Positions 16,363-24,886 of a stretch of 64,000 nucleotides of DNA are shown here, in pieces. This stretch comes from a virus (Duplodnaviria; Caudoviricetes), in IMG/VR virus record IMGVR_UViG_3300034108_000283, positions 51,897-115,896 of that record, one strand, 5' to 3'. The notes beneath the pieces were generated by a model. The model was not told the DNA's origin. It was given only the letters and a program-made list of their open reading frames with translations, and did no database searches. Every line of letters begins with the position of its first letter. The stretch's first letter is position 1. The translations under genes were made by a program, and so were the position numbers.

Positions 16363-17715
16363 ATGAGTACAGGAATTAATATAGGAAAATCAATTAAAGT
16401 ACTGGATGAAGGTTCTACACTTACATCTGATGTAGCACAAATTGACTTTACAGGAACAGGTGTAACAGCTACAACTTCTGGTAATAATGTTACTGTAAAT
16501 GTAACAGGATCTTCTGGTGTTTGGGGTATATCAAATGCTAGTGGAGTTTATACTTACTATGCTACATTAACATTAGCTATGGCTGCTGCAACAGCAGGTC
16601 AAACAATTGAAATGTTTGCAGATGTAACAGCAACAAGTGTTGTCACTATTAAACCTGATGTTATAATTCAAGGTAACGGTCATACATACACATACTCTGG
16701 AAATACAGGAGATGTATTTGCAACCTCAGCTGGGGCAGGAACTTTTACATATTACTTTAACAATTTAACAATAAAAAGAGCAAATACAGCAACTTCAACA
16801 GGAGTAATATTTTCAGGAGATGGAACTGCATTTACTACATCTATAAATTTCAAATTTAATTCAGTATATATAATTTATACTACAACAACAGGCACTGCTT
16901 CAATAACAACAACAACAGGGTTTGGAGTTTACGGGTGGTCATTTGATGGAGTAGATGTAATTGGTAATTCATCAGGACCTTTATTTGGCACTGCTTTTGC
17001 AGTTAGCAACATAAAAAATAGTAGAATAGAAAACACAGGAACGGGTGGATGTATAGCAACACCTAATATTACAGGCGGTTGTTCTTATGAAAATTGTTAT
17101 ATAAAAACTAATTCTGGAATAGGAATATTTTGCAATTATCCTTCAGATGTTATAAGAAATTGTACAGGTATATCATCAACAGGAACAGCATTTGCAGGAC
17201 AATCAGGTGCATCTGCTTATGATTGTTTTGCTTTTTCAAATACATCCATAGCATTTAATGGATTAGTTTGTTATAATTGCACAGGACAAACAACAACTGG
17301 AAATGCCTTTTATCAAGCAACTGGTTATAATTGTACTGGTAGGTCAACAACTGGATATACAGTAAGAGCATTTTCAAGTATGTCTAAATTTTACAATAGT
17401 TCATTTTATTCTTCAGGCTCAATAACTGTTTATGATAATAATTACGGAGCATCATTTTATAACTGTTCAATAATTACAGATTATAATAATGCTGCTGGTC
17501 ATGCTATTTCAATTGGTCCATCTTCAGGTAATCCTACTTTTGTAAATAACTATATTCAAGTATTTAATACATCTGCTAACTGTATAATAGGTTCAGCAGC
17601 TTTTACTGGTGTAATTACAAACACAGTATTTAAAGGAGCAACAACTCCAATAAATGCTAATGTTACTTTATCAGCAGTTACTATTAATACAACTTATAAT
17701 AATATCACAATATAA
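16363..17715 (+). CDS. Tail spike, parallel beta-helix (pectin-lyase-like)
   Basis: Repeating YNCTG/YNCS/NxxI beta-helix rungs. Confidence 0.7.
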   Translation: MSTGINIGKSIKVLDEGSTLTSDVAQIDFTGTGVTATTSGNNVTVNVTGSSGVWGISNASGVYTYYATLTLAMAAATAGQTIEMFADVTATSVVTIKPDVIIQGNGHTYTYSGNTGDVFATSAGAGTFTYYFNNLTIKRANTATSTGVIFSGDGTAFTTSINFKFNSVYIIYTTTTGTASITTTTGFGVYGWSFDGVDVIGNSSGPLFGTAFAVSNIKNSRIENTGTGGCIATPNITGGCSYENCYIKTNSGIGIFCNYPSDVIRNCTGISSTGTAFAGQSGASAYDCFAFSNTSIAFNGLVCYNCTGQTTTGNAFYQATGYNCTGRSTTGYTVRAFSSMSKFYNSSFYSSGSITVYDNNYGASFYNCSIITDYNNAAGHAISIGPSSGNPTFVNNYIQVFNTSANCIIGSAAFTGVITNTVFKGATTPINANVTLSAVTINTTYNNITI

Positions 17716-18038
17716 TGGACACTTATAAAATAGACATATTAAAGCTTTCTGATACTTTGGTATCTCAAAATTTAAAAACTCAAGAGCAAAAATATTTTAC
17801 AATTTCTGAATTAACAGGTGAGTATTTAGTGGTATATAATGATTTCATGTCTTTAGTAAATAGTAAAATAACTATTGAATATAATCAAGTATTTGTTGGT
17901 GAGGAAGTTGTAAAAAGATTTGTAGGTATAAATGTTGATGGAATTAATGTAGGAGACTTTCAAGAAGTACTCTATGATAATTTAACTGTAGAAGAAAAAT
18001 CTACATTTGATGTATTCTATACTGTATTTACTAAGTAA
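17715..18038 (+). CDS. Hypothetical protein (possible spike chaperone)
   Basis: Translationally coupled to the spike gene. Confidence 0.55.
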   Translation: MDTYKIDILKLSDTLVSQNLKTQEQKYFTISELTGEYLVVYNDFMSLVNSKITIEYNQVFVGEEVVKRFVGINVDGINVGDFQEVLYDNLTVEEKSTFDVFYTVFTK

Positions 18039-18111
18039 AAATACCTAGTAACCTATTGTAGTTTCAATTATTTTTAGTATATTATAAGTATATATTTATA
18101 ACATAATAACA

Positions 18112-18378
18112 ATGGCCACAGAATCACTACCAATAGCAATTTTTATAGCAAGTACCATTTTTGCTATATTTGGATACTTTTTAAAAATGATCCATGGAGA
18201 TGTCAGAAAAAATACAGAAGAACTTGGAAAGTTAAAAGGTAAAATAGAACTAGTACAACAAGAAACACAGATAAAATATCAAGCATTGCAAGAGCTTACT
18301 CAGCTTGAGATAAAAAACTTAGCAAAGAATGTAGGTGAATTATCAGATGCTGTTAAGTTGTTTATATCTAACAAATAA
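18112..18378 (+). CDS. Holin-like protein (1 TM plus coiled coil)
   Basis: N-terminal TM then coiled coil; first gene of the lysis block. Confidence 0.55.
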   Translation: MATESLPIAIFIASTIFAIFGYFLKMIHGDVRKNTEELGKLKGKIELVQQETQIKYQALQELTQLEIKNLAKNVGELSDAVKLFISNK

Positions 18379-18380
18379 AT

Positions 18381-18632
18381 ATGAAAGAATTGAAAGGAAG
18401 ATGGAAAGCCAAAACACCTAAGTTTTGGAAAAGAGTACAACAGATTGCAATAGTAGCCGGAACAATAGCAGGTGTTATTATTGCAGCTCCAGTGGCTTTA
18501 CCAGCAGCCATTATAACAGTAGCTGGATATGTAGCAACAGCAGGAACAGTAGCTGCTACATTATCACAATTAACAGTAGAAGATGCTAAAGAACTAGAAG
18601 ATGTTGACAATTCAACAGACAGTTTGAAATAG
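18381..18632 (+). CDS. Putative holin (2 TM)
   Basis: RWKAKTPKFWKRV followed by two hydrophobic helices ending SQLTVE; typical of Bacteroidota phage holins. Confidence 0.7.
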   Translation: MKELKGRWKAKTPKFWKRVQQIAIVAGTIAGVIIAAPVALPAAIITVAGYVATAGTVAATLSQLTVEDAKELEDVDNSTDSLK

Positions 18633-18666
18633 ATTACTAAATTTTAATAACTAAAAACAAATAAAA

Positions 18667-18969
18667 ATGGCAAAGAAAAAAGAAGTTAATGTTGAGTTAG
18701 AAGTAACAACAAAAACTAAAAGAGCTTATGTTAAGAAAGATAACAAAAACTTAGATGTAGTTATTGATACACCTAAAGTTGATGTAGAAGTACACGCTAC
18801 AGAAACAGAACAACATGTTAAAATTGATACTAAGAAATTAGATATTGAAATTACTAAAACTGCAGAAGGTTCTAAAGTTACAATAGATGCTGATAACAAA
18901 ATACTAGAAAAAGTAGGAACTACATTTAGCTCTTGGATACTTAAACGTCTAGCTAAAAAAAATAGTTAG
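18667..18969 (+). CDS. Hypothetical beta-repeat protein in the lysis block
   Basis: Internal repeats VVIDTPKVDVEV / VKIDTKKLDIEI and an amphipathic C-terminal helix. Confidence 0.65.
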   Translation: MAKKKEVNVELEVTTKTKRAYVKKDNKNLDVVIDTPKVDVEVHATETEQHVKIDTKKLDIEITKTAEGSKVTIDADNKILEKVGTTFSSWILKRLAKKNS

Positions 18970-18994
18970 TAATAAGGTTTAGTAATAACCTGCA

Positions 18995-20110
18995 ATGAAA
19001 AATTTACCAAAAGAAGAGTTATTAAGCAGGCTTGAAGCAATTAATAGAAGTAACGCTATTATTTACTTTGACCTTGGTGGCACCATCACAGGTGTTAATG
19101 ACATTTTTTTGGAAGCAATGGGTTACGGTAAAGGTAATCATGAAGACATTATAGGTAAGCACCATAGCATTTTTGTATGTGATGATTACTCAAGATCACT
19201 TGAGTATGAAAAGTTTTGGGATATCTTAAGAAGTGGTAAGCATTACACTGGAGAGTTTGAAAGAAGAAAAAAAGATGGAAGTCTTATAAATCTTCAAGCA
19301 ACTTATAATCCTATTTTAAATGAAGATGGTAAGATTACCAAGATAATGAAAATTGCTACTGACGTTAGTGTAATTGTCAATAGTAAGAAACAGATAGATG
19401 CAATCAATAGAAGCACTGCTCTGATTAATTTTAACATAGATGGTTTTATAACAGATGTAAATTCTATATTCTTAGAAACCATGGGTTATAAGGGCAATGA
19501 AAAAGCCAAAGTCATTGGAAAACATCACAGTGTTTTTGTAAGCTATGAGTATTCTAAGTCTGATGAATATGCTAAGTTCTGGGAAAGCTTGAGAAAAGGT
19601 AAGTACTTTGATGGAATCTTTGAAAGAAAAAAAGTAGATGGTTCTACTGTTTATTTGCAAGCATCTTACAACCCTGTATTTGACAGCAAAGGAAATATTA
19701 CAGATGTAGTTAAAATTGCAACTGATGTTACTGAAGCTGTAACTAACAAGGCAAAAATAGATGATCTTACAAAAAACTTACAAATAGAACTTGAGAATTC
19801 TCAAAAACTGAAAAACTCAATAGAGATAGAAAAGGATGCAGCTTTAAATGACTTAGATGTAATGATGAAAAAAAGTCAAAGTGAGCTGATAAAAATTATT
19901 GTCAAAGTTGCATTGTCTGTTATAGTTGGGGTTGGAGTTGTGACAACAGTATTATACTGGATGGCTATTATAACAAATCAAGACACACAGATTATTGGTT
20001 CAACATGGAGTAACATGTTTAGTGTATTATTAACAAATGCCTTCTCTATAGTTGGTACAATCATGGGTATCAAGTATGCTACTCAGGAAGGCGGTAAAGA
20101 AAAAAAATAA
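18995..20110 (+). CDS. Tandem PAS(-PAC) sensor with coiled coil and two C-terminal TM helices
   Basis: Two repeats of AINRSxAxIxF..G.I..VN..FL..MGY....IGKHHS.FV...EY..FW..LR.G....G.FER.K.DG....LQA.YNP.....G.I....KIATDV, as in PAS-containing chemoreceptors; no MCP, kinase or GGDEF output domain. Confidence 0.9.
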   Translation: MKNLPKEELLSRLEAINRSNAIIYFDLGGTITGVNDIFLEAMGYGKGNHEDIIGKHHSIFVCDDYSRSLEYEKFWDILRSGKHYTGEFERRKKDGSLINLQATYNPILNEDGKITKIMKIATDVSVIVNSKKQIDAINRSTALINFNIDGFITDVNSIFLETMGYKGNEKAKVIGKHHSVFVSYEYSKSDEYAKFWESLRKGKYFDGIFERKKVDGSTVYLQASYNPVFDSKGNITDVVKIATDVTEAVTNKAKIDDLTKNLQIELENSQKLKNSIEIEKDAALNDLDVMMKKSQSELIKIIVKVALSVIVGVGVVTTVLYWMAIITNQDTQIIGSTWSNMFSVLLTNAFSIVGTIMGIKYATQEGGKEKK

Positions 20111-20114
20111 AATT

Positions 20115-20390
20115 ATGAAAAAGATTTTTAAAGAATTAGTATCAGATGCTAATGAGATAAATGAGCAAAGCTTTGTTGGAGTAGTAGCATTTTTTGCTAT
20201 GGTATTTATTTTAATAGTTGATGTAGTTACAGGTATTTGGGGTAAAGAACTGGTCATAAAAGAATTTATCTTTGATGGCTTTATGATCATTACTCTTGGA
20301 GCCTTTGGAATTACTACAGCAGGTAAAATTATGTCAAACAAAAAAAACAATCAAAATGAAAATAACCAAGACGGGGAAAGCGGGAATTGA
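20115..20390 (+). CDS. Two-TM holin-like membrane protein
   Basis: Start revised to MKKIFKEL; two TM segments; directly upstream of the lysozyme. Confidence 0.65.
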   Translation: MKKIFKELVSDANEINEQSFVGVVAFFAMVFILIVDVVTGIWGKELVIKEFIFDGFMIITLGAFGITTAGKIMSNKKNNQNENNQDGESGN

Positions 20391-20814
20391 GATGATTAAA
20401 GCTTTTGAAGGGTTTAGAGGAACTCCTTACAAATGTTCTGCAGGTGTCCCTACAATAGGATACGGAGCTACTTTTTATCCAGGTGGTAAAAAGGTAACAA
20501 TGACAGATGCAGCTATAACAGAAGAACAAGCTGTTGAACTGTTAGCAAACATGCTTGTAAGTTTTGAAAAATATGTAGATAGCTATTGTGTAGATACTAT
20601 CACACAAAATCAGTTTGATGCATTAGTTTCATTTGCTTACAACTTAGGACCAGCAAATTTAAAATCTTCTACATTACTTAAAAAAGTAAATGCAAATCCT
20701 AATGATGAGTCAATCAAATTAGAATTCCTAAAGTGGGTTAAAGCTGGAGGTAAAACATTAAAAGGTCTTGTAAGAAGAAGAGAGGCTGAAGCAGAATTAT
20801 ACTTTAAAAAATAG
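20356..20814 (+). CDS. Endolysin, GH24 lysozyme
   Basis: FEG..x..YKCSAGVPTIGYG (E-x8-C-x5-T), QNQFDALVSFAYNLG, GLVRRREAEAELY. Confidence 0.93.
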   Translation: MKITKTGKAGIEMIKAFEGFRGTPYKCSAGVPTIGYGATFYPGGKKVTMTDAAITEEQAVELLANMLVSFEKYVDSYCVDTITQNQFDALVSFAYNLGPANLKSSTLLKKVNANPNDESIKLEFLKWVKAGGKTLKGLVRRREAEAELYFKK

Positions 20815-20818
20815 AACC

Positions 20819-21280
20819 ATGCAATTAAGTAAAAATTTATCATTAGCAGAAGTAACAAGAAGTGAAACTGCAAAGAGAAAAGGAATTAGCAATATGCCAA
20901 CTCCTGAGCACATTGAGAACTTTAAAAAGTTAGCTGAGAATGTCTTTCAGCCAATCCGTGAGCACTTTGGTGTTCCTATTCATATTTCATCTGGGTACAG
21001 AAGCAAAGCTTTGAATACTGCTGTTGGAGGAAGTTTGTCCTCACAACATTGTCAAGGTGAAGCAATTGATATTGATATGGATGGTACATCAATAACCAAT
21101 GCTCAAATCTTTAACTTTATCAAAGACAATTTGAATTTTGATCAAATGATTTGGGAATTTGGTACAGACACTAATCCTGACTGGGTTCATGTATCTTATG
21201 AATCTACAGGTAAACAACGTAAACAAATTTTAAAAGCTATTAAACAGGGTGGGAAAACAATTTATACACCTTATAAATAA
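20819..21280 (+). CDS. Peptidase M15 (M15A/M15_3) endolysin
   Basis: ISSGYRS..LN..VGGS..SQH..GEAID and WVHVSY motifs. Confidence 0.92.
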   Translation: MQLSKNLSLAEVTRSETAKRKGISNMPTPEHIENFKKLAENVFQPIREHFGVPIHISSGYRSKALNTAVGGSLSSQHCQGEAIDIDMDGTSITNAQIFNFIKDNLNFDQMIWEFGTDTNPDWVHVSYESTGKQRKQILKAIKQGGKTIYTPYK

Positions 21281-21286
21281 AAAGTA

Positions 21287-21445
21287 ATGAAGTTTAGAAA
21301 CAACTGGAAAGGCTCAAGAAGACAGTGGGATAAAATAATGCTAAGACTGAGAATCTCAGCATTAGATATCTTTACATTAGAACTAGATTATTCCAGAGAC
21401 TTCTATCTTCTAACAGTTTTAAACTTTACTATTAAAAACAGATAA
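21287..21445 (+). CDS. Small hypothetical protein (52 aa, not in the ORF track)
   Basis: MKFRNNWKGSRRQWDK...; fills the gap exactly. Confidence 0.55.
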   Translation: MKFRNNWKGSRRQWDKIMLRLRISALDIFTLELDYSRDFYLLTVLNFTIKNR

Positions 21446-21447
21446 CT

Positions 21448-21741
21448 ATGAAAAATGGATTAAAAGGAGTTACAGATGCTACAGTATTCTGTAAGTCAAT
21501 GCAAAAAAATAGCCCTAAACCAATGATTAGATCAATGAAAAGCTATGAAGTAGGGGGTGCTACTGAACAATGCGGACCTGGTGATAGAGGAAAAGGTTGC
21601 AGAAAAAAAACAAAGTATAAAAGCAGTGGTAGATCAAGCAGTGGTGGTGATGCTACTTTAGTGGGAAAAATAGCTGGAGGATTAGCTGGTGTAGGTGCTG
21701 CACTTGGTCTTGGTAAATATGTAAAGAATAACAAAGATTAA
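21448..21741 (+). CDS. Small basic protein with C-terminal hydrophobic helix
   Basis: YEVGG motif; resembles the 33976-38960 cluster proteins. Confidence 0.65.
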   Translation: MKNGLKGVTDATVFCKSMQKNSPKPMIRSMKSYEVGGATEQCGPGDRGKGCRKKTKYKSSGRSSSGGDATLVGKIAGGLAGVGAALGLGKYVKNNKD

Positions 21742-21762
21742 GTTAACTACTTAAAGTATACA

Positions 21763-21792
21763 GATCCAGGTATGTACTATGCCTGGATTTTT
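21763..21792 (+). terminator. Intrinsic terminator
   Basis: GATCCAGGTAT...ATGCCTGGATT-TTT. Confidence 0.7.
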
Positions 21793-21856
21793 GTTTTTAA
21801 ATATATCTAGTTTAAACTTTTATTGTATATTTGTCTAAACTTAAAATTAAAAACCA

Positions 21857-22162
21857 ATGGAAAACCAACAAGAACAAATGGAGAATCTATCTCCAGAACA
21901 GCTAGCAGCAAGAAAAGAAGAGATGAAACAATTCTTTGAAGAGGCCTTACCTTACTTAAAAGCACAAGCTGAATATGAAAAGTTATTAGCTGATATCTCT
22001 GAACTTAAGTTAAGAAGACTTCAATCAGATCATCAGTATGCAATGGCTATGTATCAGATAAACAATCCAGAACCATTAGAAGAAGATCTTGATGAAGAAG
22101 GTGTGGAATTAGAAGGTAGAGTTAATTCTGAAACAGCTAAAAGAAAGCTTAAAAAGAATTAA
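21857..22162 (+). CDS. Hypothetical coiled-coil protein
   Basis: 101-aa ORF after a host-type promoter. Confidence 0.75.
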   Translation: MENQQEQMENLSPEQLAARKEEMKQFFEEALPYLKAQAEYEKLLADISELKLRRLQSDHQYAMAMYQINNPEPLEEDLDEEGVELEGRVNSETAKRKLKKN

Positions 22163-22164
22163 TA

Positions 22165-22545
22165 ATGGCACTTGTTAATCAGGTACAGAAGCGTGTCAAG
22201 ATGCCTAAATGGGATGTTGTAAAATTTCAGATACTCACACATTGTTATATTAACCGTATAACCATGAGTGAATCTGATTTGAACTGTCTTACCTTGTTAA
22301 GTTTTAATGAACCTATAGAACTTACAAACTTTTGTTTGGATGCTTCTGCAGAAGAAGATTGGATATTTAAGTCACCACAGACTGTTAGAAACTGTATTAA
22401 TAAAGCAGAGAAAAACAATCTTGTGATAAAAGATACAGATAATAAGAAATTGATTATGCTGAATCCAAACTTAATGATTCAGACTAAAGGTTCAATTTTA
22501 CTTGACTATAAATTCTTAGGCAATGATACCGAAGAAGGCCAATAA
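22165..22545 (+). CDS. Putative winged-HTH DNA-binding protein
   Basis: FKSPQTVRNCINKAEKNNLVIK helix-wing pattern. Confidence 0.5.
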   Translation: MALVNQVQKRVKMPKWDVVKFQILTHCYINRITMSESDLNCLTLLSFNEPIELTNFCLDASAEEDWIFKSPQTVRNCINKAEKNNLVIKDTDNKKLIMLNPNLMIQTKGSILLDYKFLGNDTEEGQ

Positions 22546-22912
22546 GTTATATAAACAGTTGTCAGAAGATTTAAATGTTGAAGAGGATTTGATAGATAAA
22601 TTTATTGAACACTACTACAAAGATATAAGGTCAGCATTGGTAAACTTAAAATATCCAAGAATCAATGTTGATGGTTTAGGTCACTTTGTAGTAAAACCCA
22701 CTTTAGTAAGATCTCATATACCAAAATTTACTAAAGATTTATCTGAACATGATACTTCAACATTTACAGCTTACCATACTAAAAAAGGCTTAGAGTTAAA
22801 GTTAGATCAGCTTATAGAACTAGAACATAAAATAAGTTTAGAGGAAATAAGAAAAGAAGAATTTAAAAAAAACAAAAATGAAAGCAGTACTAAAAACAAT
22901 CTGGGAGAATAG
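22523..22912 (+). CDS. HU/IHF-like DNA-binding protein
   Basis: Helix-helix then RINVDGLGHFVVK; crAss-like synteny upstream of terminase. Confidence 0.6.
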   Translation: MIPKKANKLYKQLSEDLNVEEDLIDKFIEHYYKDIRSALVNLKYPRINVDGLGHFVVKPTLVRSHIPKFTKDLSEHDTSTFTAYHTKKGLELKLDQLIELEHKISLEEIRKEEFKKNKNESSTKNNLGE

Positions 22913-23186
22913 AAAAGGTATCCTAGAAGGTATTAAGAACTCAATCATTAGAGATGAGTTTGTAGAAGACATAGCACGGATGAGACATGACATCTGTGAT
23001 GGCTGTGAGCACTTAGATACTAAAGGTAAAGAATGTGCTGTAAAGAAAACACAACCCTGTTGTGCTGAGTGTGGATGTTCATTAGCATTTAAGACCCGGT
23101 CATTATCATCAGAGTGCCCATTAGGTAAATGGGATGCTATAGCTACAGAAGAACAAGAAGAAGAATTAGATAACCTTAAAGATTAA
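22878..23186 (+). CDS. Cys-rich metal-binding protein
   Basis: RxxICxxC...CxxCGC....K......CPLGKW. Confidence 0.7.
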   Translation: MKAVLKTIWENRKGILEGIKNSIIRDEFVEDIARMRHDICDGCEHLDTKGKECAVKKTQPCCAECGCSLAFKTRSLSSECPLGKWDAIATEEQEEELDNLKD

Positions 23187-23190
23187 TATT

Positions 23191-23532
23191 ATGTATATGG
23201 ATCCAAATAAATATCCTATTGGAATGTTAGTTAATGACCCTACTCAAATAGTTAATACTAATCCTATTCCTGGACAAACTATAACTACTACCACAGCAGA
23301 TGGAATATTTAGTAGAATGAACACAGTTCTGGAAGACCCATGGGTACATCCTTTGAAAGCTATAGAAGATAAAATTACTAAGCTAGAAACAGAGAACAAG
23401 TTTCTAAGACTAAAGATACTTTCTATAGAGGGTAAGTTTACACAGGAAGAGGTAACTAATATCAGAAAGATGTTGATATCTGAAGATGAAGCATCTAGAA
23501 CATTAGCTAATACTATTATAGAAAATGCTTAA
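23191..23532 (+). CDS. Hypothetical protein
   Basis: 113-aa ORF within the operon. Confidence 0.7.
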   Translation: MYMDPNKYPIGMLVNDPTQIVNTNPIPGQTITTTTADGIFSRMNTVLEDPWVHPLKAIEDKITKLETENKFLRLKILSIEGKFTQEEVTNIRKMLISEDEASRTLANTIIENA

Positions 23533-23535
23533 AAG

Positions 23536-24366
23536 ATGATAAAGTTTAATGCAGATAATCATAGTTACACCAGTATAGATGGAGAAGCTATTGACTGGAT
23601 AAGTGTAACAACACTTGTTTCCCATTTTAAGAAACCTTTTGATGCTAAAGCAGTAGCAGAGAAAGTAAGTAAAAGCAAAAGATCTAAATGGGCTGGAGTA
23701 GATCCTAAGATTATCCAAGAGATCTGGTATAATGAATCTACTAGATCCACTACTCTTGGTACATGGTATCATAACCAAAGAGAAGATGACTTGTGTGCAT
23801 TAGCATCATTAAGTGTAGAAGGAACTACTATACCTGTATTTAGACCTGCAGAGGTTAAAGAAGGTGTCAAGATAGCTCCATCACAAAAATTAGAACCAGG
23901 CGTGTATCCAGAACATATGGTCTATTTAAGATCAGCAGGTATCTGTGGACAATCAGATTTAGTGGAAGTAGTCAATGGTAAAGTAAACATCATTGACTAC
24001 AAAACTAATAAAGAGATAAAGAAAGAGTCATATGTAAATTGGGAAGGAATATCTGATAAGATGTCTCATCCTGTAAATAACTTAGATGACTGTAACTTTT
24101 ATCATTATGCTTTACAGCTCAGCATTTATATGTATATTATATTGAAGCATAATCCTAAACTAAGACCCGGAAATATATTTATACACCACATAACATTTGA
24201 AGTAGAGAAAGAAGATCAGTGGGGATATCCTATTGCCAAACTAGATGACAATGGAGAACCTATAGTAAAAGAAGTAATACCAATGGAAGTACCTTATTTA
24301 GTAGATGAAGTGCATGCTATTATTCACTATCTTCATGACAACAAAGCCAAAATTAAAAAGAAATAA
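23536..24366 (+). CDS. PD-(D/E)XK RecB-family exonuclease
   Basis: SVTT, GTxxH, GQSDL...IIDYKT, YALQLSIY motifs. Confidence 0.85.
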   Translation: MIKFNADNHSYTSIDGEAIDWISVTTLVSHFKKPFDAKAVAEKVSKSKRSKWAGVDPKIIQEIWYNESTRSTTLGTWYHNQREDDLCALASLSVEGTTIPVFRPAEVKEGVKIAPSQKLEPGVYPEHMVYLRSAGICGQSDLVEVVNGKVNIIDYKTNKEIKKESYVNWEGISDKMSHPVNNLDDCNFYHYALQLSIYMYIILKHNPKLRPGNIFIHHITFEVEKEDQWGYPIAKLDDNGEPIVKEVIPMEVPYLVDEVHAIIHYLHDNKAKIKKK

Positions 24367-24368
24367 CA

Positions 24369-24884
24369 ATGCTGATTAAACTATTTGATGTACAGAATAA
24401 AACAGTTGTTCCTACTGAACACTGTTATACACTGAAGTCTCTTAAAGATATAATGGATGATTATCCAGATGACTATCTTAAAATATATCAGTATTTATTT
24501 TATATGACATGCCCGGATCCAGATATGAATCCTTTCTTCCATACACCCCATATAGAGAAAGAATCATTAATCATGCGGGAGATAGAAGCAGAATTCTCTA
24601 CAGAAGACACTGAGATATATAATGCATTAAGATTCTGTGAGAAACTATATGAAACTCCAACCTCACGCGCGTACGGAGGTATGCAGAAAGCACTAGATAG
24701 AATATCTAATTACCTAGCTACTGCACAGATTACTGATGGTAAAGATGGTAATATAGCTCAGATAAGAGCATTAGCAAAAGACTTTGATGGTATTAGACAA
24801 TCCTTTAAAGGAGTCTACAAAGATCTACAGGATGAACAACAAAGCAAAGTCCGTGGTGGTCAGGGTCTTGCATATGATAGTTAG
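24369..24884 (+). CDS. Conserved protein upstream of TerL (possible terminase small subunit)
   Basis: Position and size; helical, ends KVRGG. Confidence 0.5.
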   Translation: MLIKLFDVQNKTVVPTEHCYTLKSLKDIMDDYPDDYLKIYQYLFYMTCPDPDMNPFFHTPHIEKESLIMREIEAEFSTEDTEIYNALRFCEKLYETPTSRAYGGMQKALDRISNYLATAQITDGKDGNIAQIRALAKDFDGIRQSFKGVYKDLQDEQQSKVRGGQGLAYDS

Positions 24885-24886
24885 TC

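Noticed and set aside
11202-17715. Diversity-generating retroelement or invertible shufflon acting on the fibre genes
   Set aside because: No reverse transcriptase or recombinase in the window, no adenine-specific TR/VR pair, and all paralogs are co-oriented.
23536-24366. Cas4 nuclease
   Set aside because: It has RecB-type motifs but lacks the four-Cys Fe-S cluster pattern and any CRISPR context.
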